DNA of 64,000 nucleotides from Trypanosoma brucei (lineage: Eukaryota), in NCBI GenBank assembly GCA_000002445.1, contig CM000208.1, forward strand, positions 960,001 to 1,024,000, given 5' to 3'. A program made the position numbers and the translations under genes. A model generated the notes under the pieces. That model did not search any database. It saw nothing but the letters and a program-made list of their open reading frames with translations, and had not been told where the DNA came from. Below, one piece after another: positions 40,999 through 51,892 of this stretch; position 1 is the first letter of the stretch; the number at the start of each line of letters is the position of its first letter.

Positions 40999-42786
40999 TC
41001 AGAGTGTTTTTGCCCTGTATTTGTCGCTTCCATGAACTCTGTCGATCAACAATACGTTCGGTACAACTTCGTTAAACGGCTGTTGTGAACTTCCGGTAGG
41101 GTTATCCCGACGATCCACAATTTTTTTACTGGATTGGAGGACATCTTCACCCCTTCCACGTGTGAATGTGTGCCGCATGTCAGCGTAATTAACATTGCGC
41201 GAGATGATAATAAGCAACAATATCACGAAGAGAGAGTACAGAGAACTGCTTTCGTGCCAACGAGTCGGTGCCCACTCTGCAAGCACCGGGGTAGAAACCT
41301 GTCCGGAACTATGATCGTCGACAGAGTGGAGGCGGCTGGCGGCACCATAGTGACGGTTTCGGATCATGGCACGCCGCTTCCTACCCTGGGAAACAACGTC
41401 GAGCAAAAAACGTGCTTCACCAGACTCTGTGAAGTTAGCATTATTATTTATTGTTCTCTCATCGCCCTTTACGAGCAGTTGTTTGACTCGACAGGGAATG
41501 TAAAGAATCCCACGGATCACACGTTTAAACAGACCGCGTTCCGTCACGTCTGCTTTAAATGCACAAAGAACCGAGTAATTTCCGGGGAGTGGCAGTGTCG
41601 GCTGAGCATTTCTTATCTGATGTTCCGCGTCGTGGTGATAGCGGCGCCCTCGCGCCAGAAGACACGATGGAATTGTCGCCTCAGTTAAGGGAGATACTCC
41701 TCCGTTACGGTTGCTTTCACTGCTTGCTCCCTTACAGACGGTCCCGCCGAGTCCATCGGAACCATTTTCATGAAACACTTGCGTGTTCGCAGTTGAGGTG
41801 GTGGAAGAAGGAGAGGAGGACCCCCTGGTGTTAGTGTTACCGCACCCGCTTGTGTCAGCATCAGACCTGTCATGAGTATGAGCGGGGCTGGCAGTCCACC
41901 GAGCACTCCATGGGGAGCAAAGTGCCTCACGAATGAGACTCCCCAGTCCGCGTGAAGAAGCAGCCGATCTCAACCCTGGGCGTCCTTCTTCTACAAACGG
42001 TGTCAAAGACGCCTTTTGTAACCTGTCCGCACCACACGGCGTTGCTCCAACCGTATTGAGGACACCTTCTCCTCCCTCCTCAAGTAACGTTTCCCCGCAG
42101 TAGTTGTTTTCGCTCCCCTCGCGCCTCCCTTCCAGAGACTTAATTAGCCGTTCCTGCTTCAGCTGCTCCTGTAAGAACAATTCATCTGTACACCACGCAA
42201 TTCCAACCGCCTCCTCACGGGAAGCTCCATTAACTCGGCCGTCTTGCACTTTAGATTCCGTTCCGCACACTGCGGAACTGTATAAATTGTTCGTGGAAGG
42301 CGCAGAAACAATCAGGGGGCTTTGATAAACCGCCCGGGCTGCGGCGACGGGATCCTCAAACTTGACGTAGAACCAGTTTTGCTGGCTGCTGTGACCAACA
42401 ACCGAAGTAGAAGTCAGCCCACCGCTGGGTACAGCCGCTCGTGTAGGGAGTTTGTGCATCAGTGTGCGGCCAAACATCACGTCCAGACTCTCACGAACAT
42501 CTAGAATCGATGTAGGTAACACACCGTACACAGTAACCCATTGTTGCCCAGCGTATGACGGTGTGGCTGCTGCTTGATCCGCATGTGAAGCCGCGGAGGC
42601 AGTGGAAAATACCGCAGGGTGTTCGCCCTTCTCTTCAAATCCTTCAGGAACGAAACCAACACGCACCGGTAAGCGCTGAGGTCCTGATGTGTACGTGCAA
42701 GGTTGAGGTGGCGAAACCTGTGGCTGCTTCGTCCAACCCTTCCGCCCCTTGCGTTCAACCCACTGCCCAATATCTTGCTTCCACAT
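40999..42786 (-). CDS. Nup53/Nup35-type nucleoporin-like protein (RRM/MPPN-like domain plus C-terminal TM segment); candidate TbNup65
   Basis: TTG at 42793-42795; first ATG is M4 (cat 42784-42786). WVTVYGV...NWFYVKFEDPVAAARAV resembles the Nup35 RRM-like domain (WVTVFGF...NWMHI...A..A). Hydrophobic segment LYSLFVILLLIIIS near the C-terminus. Confidence 0.5.
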   Translation of the reverse strand: MWKQDIGQWVERKGRKGWTKQPQVSPPQPCTYTSGPQRLPVRVGFVPEGFEEKGEHPAVFSTASAASHADQAAATPSYAGQQWVTVYGVLPTSILDVRESLDVMFGRTLMHKLPTRAAVPSGGLTSTSVVGHSSQQNWFYVKFEDPVAAARAVYQSPLIVSAPSTNNLYSSAVCGTESKVQDGRVNGASREEAVGIAWCTDELFLQEQLKQERLIKSLEGRREGSENNYCGETLLEEGGEGVLNTVGATPCGADRLQKASLTPFVEEGRPGLRSAASSRGLGSLIREALCSPWSARWTASPAHTHDRSDADTSGCGNTNTRGSSSPSSTTSTANTQVFHENGSDGLGGTVCKGASSESNRNGGVSPLTEATIPSCLLARGRRYHHDAEHQIRNAQPTLPLPGNYSVLCAFKADVTERGLFKRVIRGILYIPCRVKQLLVKGDERTINNNANFTESGEARFLLDVVSQGRKRRAMIRNRHYGAASRLHSVDDHSSGQVSTPVLAEWAPTRWHESSSLYSLFVILLLIIISRNVNYADMRHTFTRGRGEDVLQSSKKIVDRRDNPTGSSQQPFNEVVPNVLLIDRVHGSDKYRAKTL

Positions 42787-43392
42787 TGCAAGCAATAAAT
42801 TACTCCCTCTTGATCCGGAATGTAGTTAAGCCTTCAGGGGTTTACGAAACACGTTTTTTATGATTAATATCAGTTAATTATGATGTTTTTTCTCCTTTTT
42901 TTACTTTCTATTTTCGCTCCTTTATGAGCGTATAAAGTTGTTGAACCCGTTACCTACGTGCCATTTGCGTTTAAGCACGACGCGAAGATTGTTGAATTGT
43001 AATTGAGAGAAGCATAAATAACGAAGGTGATGTTGAGGGTGCATGGTTTCATATGGAGCAAGGAGAAAGAAGCAAAGTGAAGATGTTCACGAAAAAAAGG
43101 AGTGGAATGCTCAGTGGGTGAGCGAAGCGGTGAACCAATCACAACTTGTTGATCTATCAAAAAGCACTCACTCCTAGTGAATTTACATTTCCTCCATGCC
43201 CACGAACATGAGGTATAACTCAACATTTCAGATTCTTCCGGAAGATCACAAAACACCAAGAAGAATACAAAAGGTAGTCGAAATGCGGTATAAATGAGGG
43301 GAGGTTCGAAGAAAATTCCGAAAAGGGGCGACAGCGCACTAAGGTAAGTAAAACCTCCTTCTATTCTTTAGGAAACACGACCCCCTCCTTAG

Positions 43393-46300
43393 TCACTCCA
43401 CCGGTGCTGTGCCATTGAAACTTGCGGTTTCATCAGCGGTAGGCCTCTCACTCCCTTCGCAGAGAGGATCATCCACTGGCGTTCCCCCGAAACCGCATGT
43501 GGTACCTGCAGCTTTTGAGTACTGCACAAGCGATGCCAACTGCCGCTGCCGGCGCGAAACCTCCAATAGGAGAAGCTGTTGGACAACCCCCGCGACATCA
43601 GAAAATTTGAAAAACATGCGAAGCTGTTCAATTGGAGAGTCGCCCACCGTCAAATTGTGGGAACCTGCAGGAGCATCAATCACGTTTGCCCCTCCACCGA
43701 TGCGGTCACCGGAAAAGGCAGAATCTGCCTTAAAGTTTACTTTCCCAGTATCTTTCATGGAATGCCGACAATGTTTCAGAAATCTCCGCGGCGGTTGTAG
43801 CACGACTGGTAACCAACGCGACGTGGGAAACAAGCTTGTGCCACCTGAGAACAAAGCAAGGTTGCGCTGCTGATTGACAGCTTCACCAAGTTTTGACCCC
43901 AACATCATAACATTTCCAGCAGCGCCGGTTCTTGCATCAGTAAGACCACACTCTGCTGCGAGCGAAGACGCTGTCACTGCATGTGACGTACCCCAGTTAT
44001 AGGGTGATCGATGCAACGACATCTTGTTCACGCTAGGTTCATCAGCGTCAATCATTTCCTTGTTTTCAGCCAGTCGCAAAAAAGTCATCTGTTGCACCCC
44101 TGGCTCGCCGGTGCAGGTGCTAAGAGACAAAAATACAGGTGTCACTCCAGATGCCCTCTCCCTTATGAAGTCGTTCACGTCACGTAGTTGAAGGTATTGA
44201 ACAACTCTACCGTCCTGCATCTCGGAGAAAAAAAGCGGGGCAATGACCGTTGGGGGGGAGGAGTCCTGTGGAAAATAGGACTGTGCGTCGAACACATCTA
44301 CGAGTTGTGGGTGTTCCCTCGGTTGGACATTTGCCGCATTTTTAAGCAGGTTGTCATATTGGGTGCGTTGGCCCCATATGGGGGTAGCTGAGCCAGGCAA
44401 CTTGGCGTCAGACGCACTCGGAGGTTCGCTGCACCTCTTGCTTTCCTGGGCGGCAGACTTAAGTAGGCTCATAGACAGCAAGTTGTTGGCAATAACAAAC
44501 TCCTCGGCTATTTCACGCAGTCGGTTGGTTAAAGGGGGGCACTTTCCACTGATGCGGTTCCGTCTGTCCTCTTCTTCCGCTTCAATCTCCTCCCGGCGCA
44601 TTGCCTGCCACCGCGCCTTCGTTACCTTATGTGGTGTATACATCGGAAGGACAAGTTGCCTGAGTAGGTGTTCCAGCGTGTACCCTCGAATGCTTGACTG
44701 CACAGGACCTGAAGAGTAAAGATGTTTGACTTCGGTCAGGTGCTGTCGTCCATCCACTAACCGCAACCCACCAAGGGCTACGTCAAATACAGGAAAGCCC
44801 TCACCCACAGCCATCGACATCACCGACGATCTGTTCCGCAACCCCGCTTCCGCAGGTTCTACAATAACAACACCAGACTCGTGGAGTATGCGCACGGATG
44901 TCTCGCTTCGGCGAGTGAAAAGAGTCTCAAGAAAAGGTGTGACTGTACCGCGCATTCCACGGTATATGACGCGCCGCCGTAGCACCGTTCCATCGCCAAA
45001 CAACACGTAAAACCGGTCATATGGTTTGGGGTCGTTCGTGGGAGCTGGATCACGAGCAAACGAAGCGACATAAGAGGAATTTGCATTTTCTTCGGCACCT
45101 TGAGAAAGGGGAGACAAAAGCCCCCTATTGTTGTTCCCATCGTGCGAAACATCTTTATCGTTCAGTTGCGACGAAACCTTGGGGTTATCACCCACTCCGA
45201 AAGATACCTCCGCACGGGAAGCCCGGGAAGCTTGGTTATCGACGGGTTTATAAAGTGGCGCACAAAGGAACACACGCGGAAAAAAGGGGCCTTCCACACA
45301 GTACTGCACATCCGCATCGCATGAGCTTTGTACGGCGGCTGCGTCCTCCAGTAATGGGGCCAGTGGGACGGGAAGATGCTCATCTGCCTCATGCAGAAGA
45401 CCACCTAAGAGACTAGTGATGCACGTTCCATCAACGTGGAGCGCAACGCGAGCGAGTACCATTTCATCGAAACCACCACCACACCCGTGCTTTTGATCCG
45501 TTTTTCCTGCCCCGAGACTTGCAGCATTGCCCTCCTTCTTGGTTTTATGGGGAAAATACTTATTGTACGTAACCACAATAAGTCCATCGGCCCGCGACAT
45601 TGTGTGGCAGTGGTTGCAACGATCATACGTCATACAGGACTCCACGTTTCCTGATGGAACGGGATGAAGGCTCCCGGTCTCTTCCAGACCTACTTCCCGC
45701 ACATAGCACAGTCCCTCGGGTGTTAATACTGTTTCAACAACGGGTTGCGCACCATCTTCTTGAGTGCTTGAAACCCCACCTACAGGGGCCACGGGATAAC
45801 CTGTTACTATCATACCGTCTGGGTACAGCATCTGGGTCGTGCCGGAGTGAAAGTATCGGCACACAATCCCTGAGTCTTCAATAAGAGCCCGACGAACCTC
45901 CACCTCCATGGATCTCTGCAATACCACTTCCTCTCCTACACAATGCGCACAACGTACTAATTCTGGAACGGGATGTCGCATGGAATCGTGTCTCGACAAC
46001 CACAGGATTCCTTCGTGCTCTTCGTTATGAACGCTCACACCACCAGCAGAAACTGTGATTGCCACCGCTGGAACACCATGCTGTACTGGAAGTTGAACGG
46101 CAGTCTCATGCGGGTGTTTTGGATCTTTCACAGCAGGCCACAATAGGATAGAGCCACTATCATCAACAGGGAAAGTTCGTGTCATCCCTTCCTGGGCATT
46201 CTTACCAGAGTTTGACCCGTCGTCTTCACCTCTGCTTCTACTCCTGGGCCTACGGGACAAGCGGCGCTTAAGTGCTTGTGTTGGACCCTGAGCTGAACCC

Positions 46301-49300
46301 GGCAAACCGCCGCGCACTCGGCCAGAAAAAGGACCTATGCTCTTCCGCGATTGCAACCTTCCCCGTCCATTCAGTGCGTCGCGCGGAGTGAAGCCACTTC
46401 CATAGGCGCCATCTTTGTCGCTGTTAATAGTAGAATTTGCATATTGGAGTCTGTAACGAGGTCGTGCAGAGCAGGTAAGGACCACACCGTCATCAAAGGC
46501 CGCAGTGAAGTACATAAGCTCTTCCTCCTTTCGCCGTGACGATGGAGGTGCAGAGGAGCATGCAGAAAAGCCTCCGTCCACCGCTTCGCCAGCCGTTTGA
46601 GCGGAAGTAGACGTGGCATTAGTGACAGCGGGAGAGGAAGAGGGGGCAGCGCGGGGTGGTGGTGCAATATAATAGTGGAGCGTGCATATTATTTCACTCG
46701 CCCTCACATAACGGCAAATTCGGCTACGGTCAGTCGTAATCACTTCAATAATACTATTGTCGTGCGGGTACAAAGTGTGTCGTCCTTCGAGTGCTGTTTG
46801 GATGTCCCCTTCAGAGCGCCAAACACCCCTTCCCCTCACTACTTCCTCAAGTTGAGGAATAATAAATTGTGGAGAATTGCGTAGATCCCGCAGGAGTTGC
46901 ACCCTTATAGCATCACCCAGATCTCCTCCAAAACACTGCGTCGCACCAAACGTCTTGGCGATGTCCGTTGGTGCGCTCGACAGCGTTGGTAAGGTTAAAG
47001 TTGTACCGAGACACACCGACTCAGAAGAAAGTAACTCGTTAAACTGGTCGAGTGACGGCACACCAGAAATATAGTGACACCATACACGTATCGATTGCCG
47101 CTGTATTGGTGTGACCACCCCACCCGCCATAACGGCAACAACCTTATCCCGTACACGTGTGTTTTCCGCTCCCACAGAACGGAACATCGCAAGATTACCG
47201 TATATTGACTCGAGGGGGTCCGGTACTACGCACCGCACCAATCGACAGAGGTGTTCACCAAAGCGGGAGGAGAAGTCATTGAGGCACCGGATCGCAGCAC
47301 GTTTGCTAATGTTCTCCTCAAGCGGTCGCGCGTTCGGATAAAACCCCTCGTGTAACGACGGTGTTAACGCGGTGATAGACACACTGTTGGATTGCCTGCC
47401 TTCTGGAAAGTCGGCGTTTACAACTTTGTCACTAACGCCAATTGCAGCTGCTATCATTTCCAGAAAAAAGCACTGAAGAACGTGCGTCCGTTCCCGGGGT
47501 GTCAAACTCCGTTCTACACTTCGCTGCAGTTTTTCGTCGACAAAGGGAGCCCTAAGAGCGGCAGCCTCCGCTGCCTCTCTTATCTTGTCAAACGTAACTC
47601 CAGATGTCCTGTCTGTGCACGAGAACAGCTTTTCTACGCGCTCCAATAAACGTAAGTCCACACCCTCCTCCGCCATGTTCAAGACAAGTCCGTTCATTGG
47701 TTCTTCCAGCAGCTCCTGCGCGCGCATCGAACTGTATGACCTTCCCCCGTTTGGCAAAGAGAGAGTCATTGTAATTGGATTATCTTGCTTGAACACTCCA
47801 AGCCCCTTTTGGACAAACTCCCGCGTTAAGCAGCGCACATCATTTTGCGTGGGTTGTGGGAAGGGGCGATCCATTGTGTGGTCCAGAGGTAGCATTACCG
47901 CGGGATCGTTGCCCTCGTGCTGAGTTGAAGCGAGTTCACTGGGGGAGTGTGGGATCGGTGATGGTGACTGGGTTTGTTTTCGCAACCTTCCTGGAGACTT
48001 TCGGTCCTTCAGCTTCGACTCACTGGCATGACGCTTCGTTGCAGCATCCACAGCTGCTTCTATCTGCTCATTTAGAGGCTCGTCATCTATACCTTCGTGT
48101 CGTGGAAACGCGGCCGACAATATGGGTTCCTTTTCCGCATAACAGTATATAGACTGGGGTAGCAGAGAATGAGTGCCAGAGAGTTCCTTCCCAGTACTGA
48201 CAGTTTCACTATGAGGCGTGCTATGCACCTCATGCACTGGAGTTAGTTCTTCTCGTGGCACAGGACGCACATATTTGGGAGTTTGCCTCCTAGCAAGGGA
48301 CACAGTAACCTGTGCAGCGAGCGCGTGCAGAGCAGATACACATGTCCACTGATCACAGACCTTCCTCCCCTGAAGGTAGTGCGACCAGTCCCTAAAAGGG
48401 AATGAGGGTTCACAACCTGGACACACAGATCGGGGAGCGTCCTCACAAAAGTGTGGGCGACCCCTCTCCACAGATCCCCCAGAAGGCGGAGGGAACGTAG
48501 CAGCCTCCTCCTGTGGTAGAGGTAAAGGTAAATTCGGGCATTGATACGTCGCTTTAGTGGACATACATCTAGTGTAATATGTCATATTACTCACCACGTT
48601 GAACACAGTGGGAAGCACAGAATCTAAACATCGCCTGATCACAGAACTCTTATCATCCCCACGATTTTCTACTATTTCACGCATACATAGTGCGGTGTAC
48701 GCATGCAAAGCAGCATCGGTATCAGTTATCGTTGTAGCAAGCCCCAGTCGCGCGCACTGTTCAATTACTCCAGCAAATGAACTGCCACTGGGAGCCACTG
48801 TATTAACGTCGCCTTCCTTACTCCCACTAGCCGTCTGCCCCGCTGCCGCGTCACGGCCCGGTTGCCGTTTAGAGGAAGGTGTTGTCCGCTGTCGCTGACT
48901 AGAGGGAGTACAACTCACACCCGCTACTTGAGCCGTACCGCCCGGAGAAGTGGGTGCATCGACGAAGTTCACAACCAAACGAATATCGAGCCGCTTGGGT
49001 GGGGCGTCACACCCGTGTCCTAACAAGAACGCTAACACGCGTGGATCTCGAATGGGAACAACAACGGGGAGAATACTCATCTCTTTTGCGTGCGCCTCCA
49101 TACGCGTAAGCGGTACCGGTGTAGCCACCCTTGGTGCTTCCTTTAACCCTTCACTGGCATCGCCGCGCAGCGACACTGAACGAGCCCTGGAGACTCTTCG
49201 AGATACGGGCGCAGTTCTACCCTCCATTTCATCCACAATTGTACACAAAGCCTTTTGAATGGTCGCAACAGCATCTGCAGGATTTGGATTGCGCGGTAAT

Positions 49301-49836
49301 GCAGCTGCCAGGACGGCATCCTCTTCTGGGCGATCGAATGACGGTATATGATGCACAATCACCAGTGGTCGTGTACAACGACGATTATGCACTACCGAAT
49401 ACCACGAGTTACCATCGCCTGCCTGCGTCTTTTGAGATCCCTCCGTTGGAGAACTAAGTGCAGTTGCACCCTTGGCTCCCGATGCCCCGGCCGCTTTTCC
49501 ACCTTTGGGTTTCCCACCTTTTGCTGGAGCAGCCCCAATGGCGGTTGCCGGAACATTTGTCCCCCTTTTTGCACTCATATACTTCATGAATGCTGCTTGC
49601 ACTTCTGCCACGACGCCATTTTGATCAAAGTCATCAGTTTCCTGCTCATCTAATACAACCCGCGACGACCTTGTGGCTACACTGTCAGCGTCACTGCTGT
49701 CCCTTGGTGGAGTAAAATGACAGGCAGCCTTTGAAAGAATGAAACCGATGTACCTGATATCGGCCGCGTCGCCGTCACTGCACACGAGGATAAGGCGGCA
49801 ACGCCGTTGCTTCTGTGCTTCCGCCTGTGAAGACAT
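43393..49836 (-). CDS. Hypothetical protein, 2147 aa, no recognisable domain
   Basis: ATG confirmed (cat 49834-49836). 6.4-kb uninterrupted ORF with coding composition. Gly/Lys/Ala-rich segment near the N-terminus. Confidence 0.5.
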   Translation of the reverse strand: MSSQAEAQKQRRCRLILVCSDGDAADIRYIGFILSKAACHFTPPRDSSDADSVATRSSRVVLDEQETDDFDQNGVVAEVQAAFMKYMSAKRGTNVPATAIGAAPAKGGKPKGGKAAGASGAKGATALSSPTEGSQKTQAGDGNSWYSVVHNRRCTRPLVIVHHIPSFDRPEEDAVLAAALPRNPNPADAVATIQKALCTIVDEMEGRTAPVSRRVSRARSVSLRGDASEGLKEAPRVATPVPLTRMEAHAKEMSILPVVVPIRDPRVLAFLLGHGCDAPPKRLDIRLVVNFVDAPTSPGGTAQVAGVSCTPSSQRQRTTPSSKRQPGRDAAAGQTASGSKEGDVNTVAPSGSSFAGVIEQCARLGLATTITDTDAALHAYTALCMREIVENRGDDKSSVIRRCLDSVLPTVFNVVSNMTYYTRCMSTKATYQCPNLPLPLPQEEAATFPPPSGGSVERGRPHFCEDAPRSVCPGCEPSFPFRDWSHYLQGRKVCDQWTCVSALHALAAQVTVSLARRQTPKYVRPVPREELTPVHEVHSTPHSETVSTGKELSGTHSLLPQSIYCYAEKEPILSAAFPRHEGIDDEPLNEQIEAAVDAATKRHASESKLKDRKSPGRLRKQTQSPSPIPHSPSELASTQHEGNDPAVMLPLDHTMDRPFPQPTQNDVRCLTREFVQKGLGVFKQDNPITMTLSLPNGGRSYSSMRAQELLEEPMNGLVLNMAEEGVDLRLLERVEKLFSCTDRTSGVTFDKIREAAEAAALRAPFVDEKLQRSVERSLTPRERTHVLQCFFLEMIAAAIGVSDKVVNADFPEGRQSNSVSITALTPSLHEGFYPNARPLEENISKRAAIRCLNDFSSRFGEHLCRLVRCVVPDPLESIYGNLAMFRSVGAENTRVRDKVVAVMAGGVVTPIQRQSIRVWCHYISGVPSLDQFNELLSSESVCLGTTLTLPTLSSAPTDIAKTFGATQCFGGDLGDAIRVQLLRDLRNSPQFIIPQLEEVVRGRGVWRSEGDIQTALEGRHTLYPHDNSIIEVITTDRSRICRYVRASEIICTLHYYIAPPPRAAPSSSPAVTNATSTSAQTAGEAVDGGFSACSSAPPSSRRKEEELMYFTAAFDDGVVLTCSARPRYRLQYANSTINSDKDGAYGSGFTPRDALNGRGRLQSRKSIGPFSGRVRGGLPGSAQGPTQALKRRLSRRPRSRSRGEDDGSNSGKNAQEGMTRTFPVDDSGSILLWPAVKDPKHPHETAVQLPVQHGVPAVAITVSAGGVSVHNEEHEGILWLSRHDSMRHPVPELVRCAHCVGEEVVLQRSMEVEVRRALIEDSGIVCRYFHSGTTQMLYPDGMIVTGYPVAPVGGVSSTQEDGAQPVVETVLTPEGLCYVREVGLEETGSLHPVPSGNVESCMTYDRCNHCHTMSRADGLIVVTYNKYFPHKTKKEGNAASLGAGKTDQKHGCGGGFDEMVLARVALHVDGTCITSLLGGLLHEADEHLPVPLAPLLEDAAAVQSSCDADVQYCVEGPFFPRVFLCAPLYKPVDNQASRASRAEVSFGVGDNPKVSSQLNDKDVSHDGNNNRGLLSPLSQGAEENANSSYVASFARDPAPTNDPKPYDRFYVLFGDGTVLRRRVIYRGMRGTVTPFLETLFTRRSETSVRILHESGVVIVEPAEAGLRNRSSVMSMAVGEGFPVFDVALGGLRLVDGRQHLTEVKHLYSSGPVQSSIRGYTLEHLLRQLVLPMYTPHKVTKARWQAMRREEIEAEEEDRRNRISGKCPPLTNRLREIAEEFVIANNLLSMSLLKSAAQESKRCSEPPSASDAKLPGSATPIWGQRTQYDNLLKNAANVQPREHPQLVDVFDAQSYFPQDSSPPTVIAPLFFSEMQDGRVVQYLQLRDVNDFIRERASGVTPVFLSLSTCTGEPGVQQMTFLRLAENKEMIDADEPSVNKMSLHRSPYNWGTSHAVTASSLAAECGLTDARTGAAGNVMMLGSKLGEAVNQQRNLALFSGGTSLFPTSRWLPVVLQPPRRFLKHCRHSMKDTGKVNFKADSAFSGDRIGGGANVIDAPAGSHNLTVGDSPIEQLRMFFKFSDVAGVVQQLLLLEVSRRQRQLASLVQYSKAAGTTCGFGGTPVDDPLCEGSERPTADETASFNGTAPVE

Positions 49837-50160
49837 TGCTGTATGCAGGCGACCTTGTGCAAAGAAAAAACAGCGGCACAGGTGGTGACCAAACTACAGG
49901 GACCCAAGGGTTGTGATTTTCTTCCCCTTTCCAAATATGTTTGTACGGGGTTTATCACTCTTAATGTTTATGTTGTCCCGTATTTCCCCTTTGCTCGCAC
50001 TCCCTTAACAGGAACTAATGACTAATTATTTTTTTTTGATCTTGTTACCTGTTTCCCGTTCACCAAACACCTCACCCTTTACAGTCTCCCCCAACCAATA
50101 CTTTGTGAAAACTTTACGCGACCAGGGGAGAAAAGCCCCTTGTGGGAAAGGCACTGCGAT

Positions 50161-50216
50161 AACAAAAAACAGAAGAAACAAAGAAAACAGAAGAGACAAA
50201 GGAAGAAAAAAAATAA
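50161..50216 (-). promoter_or_regulatory. Polypyrimidine tract upstream of the 2147-aa ORF
   Basis: 56-nt near-pure purine run on plus (acaaaaaacagaagaaacaaagaaaacagaagagacaaaggaagaaaaaaaataatg), about 330 nt upstream of ATG 49836. Confidence 0.4.
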
Positions 50217-50778
50217 TGTGCCTAACCAGCGGATAAACGATTATTGAAGATATCCCAACTATCCAAGAACAGGCTCACATACACGTTGATTATTACTTTT
50301 TTAAGAATTAAAAATAAATAAAAACACATATATGCACCAAAGAAAATGGAACAGATAGGCAAAAGCACATTAAGATGAACGTTGGAAACAAGGTGCAAAA
50401 CCACACATCGATCCCTAAAGGCGAAGAGGATGTAAGACCAGCCAACCTTATCCCCTGTATTGTACGTGAAGCACGGCCTCTGGCGAACTAAAACGGCGAG
50501 AAAAAACTGAGCGGCCCACGAGAGTGTTGTCAGAAACATGCTGTTCGTCGCTTGGCGTCTGATGACGTCGAACGAAGCATATTGTTCAAGGTTCCTAGGA
50601 TGCCAGAAGCTCCTTGAAGTAACGCACTGCAGCACATTTTTCAAACAAAACACCCGTCTCCTCCCGCAGGTGGCGGTTCCATTCCGAAGTTCATAATCAC
50701 ACTTGGGTACATTCATCCGAGCCCCCACCCTCCACAATTCCCTCCCCCTTGCGATAGCATACACCAGCTTCAGCACCA

Positions 50779-51318
50779 CTATGCAACCACTGCCCGCTTC
50801 GAGTTCTTCTTCACAAATATGACACGGTCCTTGCGTGGTGCCTTCACACGGCGCTGCAGGAGCGGGAACGACAGGTTGTGTGGGTGGAACTGCGCCACGT
50901 TCAGGCGGCGTACTTCGTGGTTCGGGATGCTCTTTACGCCAAGCACTTCAATGTTGTGATACCGCGCGCGGTGGCGTGAGGCGAGGTCATTATAAGCCTG
51001 ACTTACAGCACCAGCTTTGCACACATCACGAAACTCCTTCACCATGTGCGTATAACCACAACGCTGGCTGTAATATGCAATATCCACGCTGTAATTGCGG
51101 GCAGCCAGTTTGCGATCCTTCACCACCTTGCAGGAGAGAACGTCGCCGTGTGTTGACTTCACTTTGTTTTTTTCACGCATCATGCGCCAGAAGCGGCTCT
51201 TTGCCACGACAAAGTTCGGTGCAAAAACCTCAAATTTGTATACGGTGGGTTGAGGATTCTTCTCCGAGGGCGTCTCCCGCCCAACCACGCAGTAGTGACG
51301 AAGATGCGGTCTGACCAT
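50779..51318 (-). CDS. RPL18A: 60S ribosomal protein eL20 (L18a)
   Basis: ATG confirmed (cat 51316-51318). YCVVGRETPSEKNPQPTVYKFEVFAPNFVVAKSRFW...AGAVSQAYNDLASRHRAR...FHPHNLSFPL is the conserved eL20 family sequence. 179 aa. Confidence 0.85.
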   Translation of the reverse strand: MVRPHLRHYCVVGRETPSEKNPQPTVYKFEVFAPNFVVAKSRFWRMMREKNKVKSTHGDVLSCKVVKDRKLAARNYSVDIAYYSQRCGYTHMVKEFRDVCKAGAVSQAYNDLASRHRARYHNIEVLGVKSIPNHEVRRLNVAQFHPHNLSFPLLQRRVKAPRKDRVIFVKKNSKRAVVA

Positions 51319-51892
51319 TTGCGCTTGCTACTATCGAAGTTCCTTTTTGGTTCTAGTGTTTGAACAGAGGTTTTTCAGTGAATTTTATAGCACGACGCGA
51401 CGGCAATGCGACCATTCACAATACCAACCATTGAGGTTTGACAGTTACATAAAAAAAACGGCAAATACGCAAAAAGGAAGAGGTTTCGGTATGCGAATAA
51501 CAGTAATTATAGTCATCCTGGTGAGTGCATCATCGAAGAAGTGGGAGGATGGCCCACAGTAACACTTTTTTTTATGTTAAGTTGAACGTTGTCTTGCCAC
51601 TTATTTTAAATTTTTGCGACAACATTGTACAGGACCAACCACTTTTCCCCTCCAAGGTTATTATATCCGTCGCTCTGTTCGGAAACCATGTGAATTAGTA
51701 TAAAAATATAAAAATAATAACAAAAAATAAATAAAACGACACATAAACAATGGGCAGTCACCCAAAGAAGAAAAAAGAGGATAACGAATAAGGGCAATTG
51801 TGTCTGAAAAATGCAAATAAAAAGAAAATGAAAAGCAAACCATAACCTTTGCAAAAAAAAAAAACATAGATGTGTCCATTACAATTTCAACC

